Source of the DNA: Lama glama
Lineage: Eukaryota
Length of the DNA stretch: 64,000 nt
Reading direction: 5' to 3'
Assembly: GCA_028534125.1 (NCBI GenBank)
Contig: CM052821.1
Location: forward strand, 2,356,001-2,420,000
This document shows positions 63,650 through 64,000 of the stretch, piece by piece. Within the stretch, counting starts at the first letter, position 1. Every line of letters starts with the position of its first letter. The position numbers and the translations under genes were made by a program. The notes under the pieces are model-generated. The model was not told the origin of the DNA, searched no databases, and saw nothing but the letters and a program-made list of their open reading frames with translations.

Positions 63650-64000
63650 GACACGCACGGCTCCTCTCCCTCCTGCTCCCCTCGCTGGAGCGGCATCTCC
63701 ATATTTCTTCCTCTCGCGCGCGCGCGCGCGTGTCTCCTTCACTCCCGGCCACCCCCAACCCCCGCCCCAGATAATTGATGGCCCGGGCCTGGCCCGGCCG
63801 CTCCCGCCTCTCGATCCATCTTGTATTCGCGCCCGCGCTGTCTCCTAGATCGGCCGCCACCTGAGACGCAAGGAGACGAGTAGGGGCGGGCAGGGGCGGT
63901 CCTCCAGCCCCGTCCCAGCCCGGGAAAGGACCACCAGGCGGCCTCCCCCACATTAGGAGCGCTGGAGGCAGAGAGGGGTGCTGGCGTAGCCCTCAAACCT
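63650..64000. promoter_or_regulatory. CpG-rich segment in distal NXPH4 intron 1
   Basis: (CG)8, many CpGs and GC boxes up to the window end. Confidence 0.55.

Overview
GC-rich mammalian genomic DNA, probably a camelid (inferred from a young tRNA-derived SINE at 6617-6751). Positions 88-53130 hold the 3' part of LRP1 on the + strand: 83 exons equivalent to human exons 7-89. All readable boundaries are GT-AG and chain in frame from beta-propeller 1 through ligand-binding clusters II-IV, the RHRR furin site, EGF repeats, the TM helix and the NPxY tail to TAG at 52298-52300, then the 3'UTR. Downstream are the CpG-island promoter, coding exon 1 (56653-56709) and most of intron 1 of NXPH4. Four N-runs interrupt the sequence, two inside LRP1 exons. 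The best hidden feature is a 51-nt in-frame cassette exon in LRP1 intron 19 (12061-12111, [17 protein letters not shown]) that supplies an alternative C-terminal half of complement-type repeat CR6; a second microexon-like acceptor lies 0.8 kb downstream. Exon numbers, family names and human comparisons are from recall, not from a database search.
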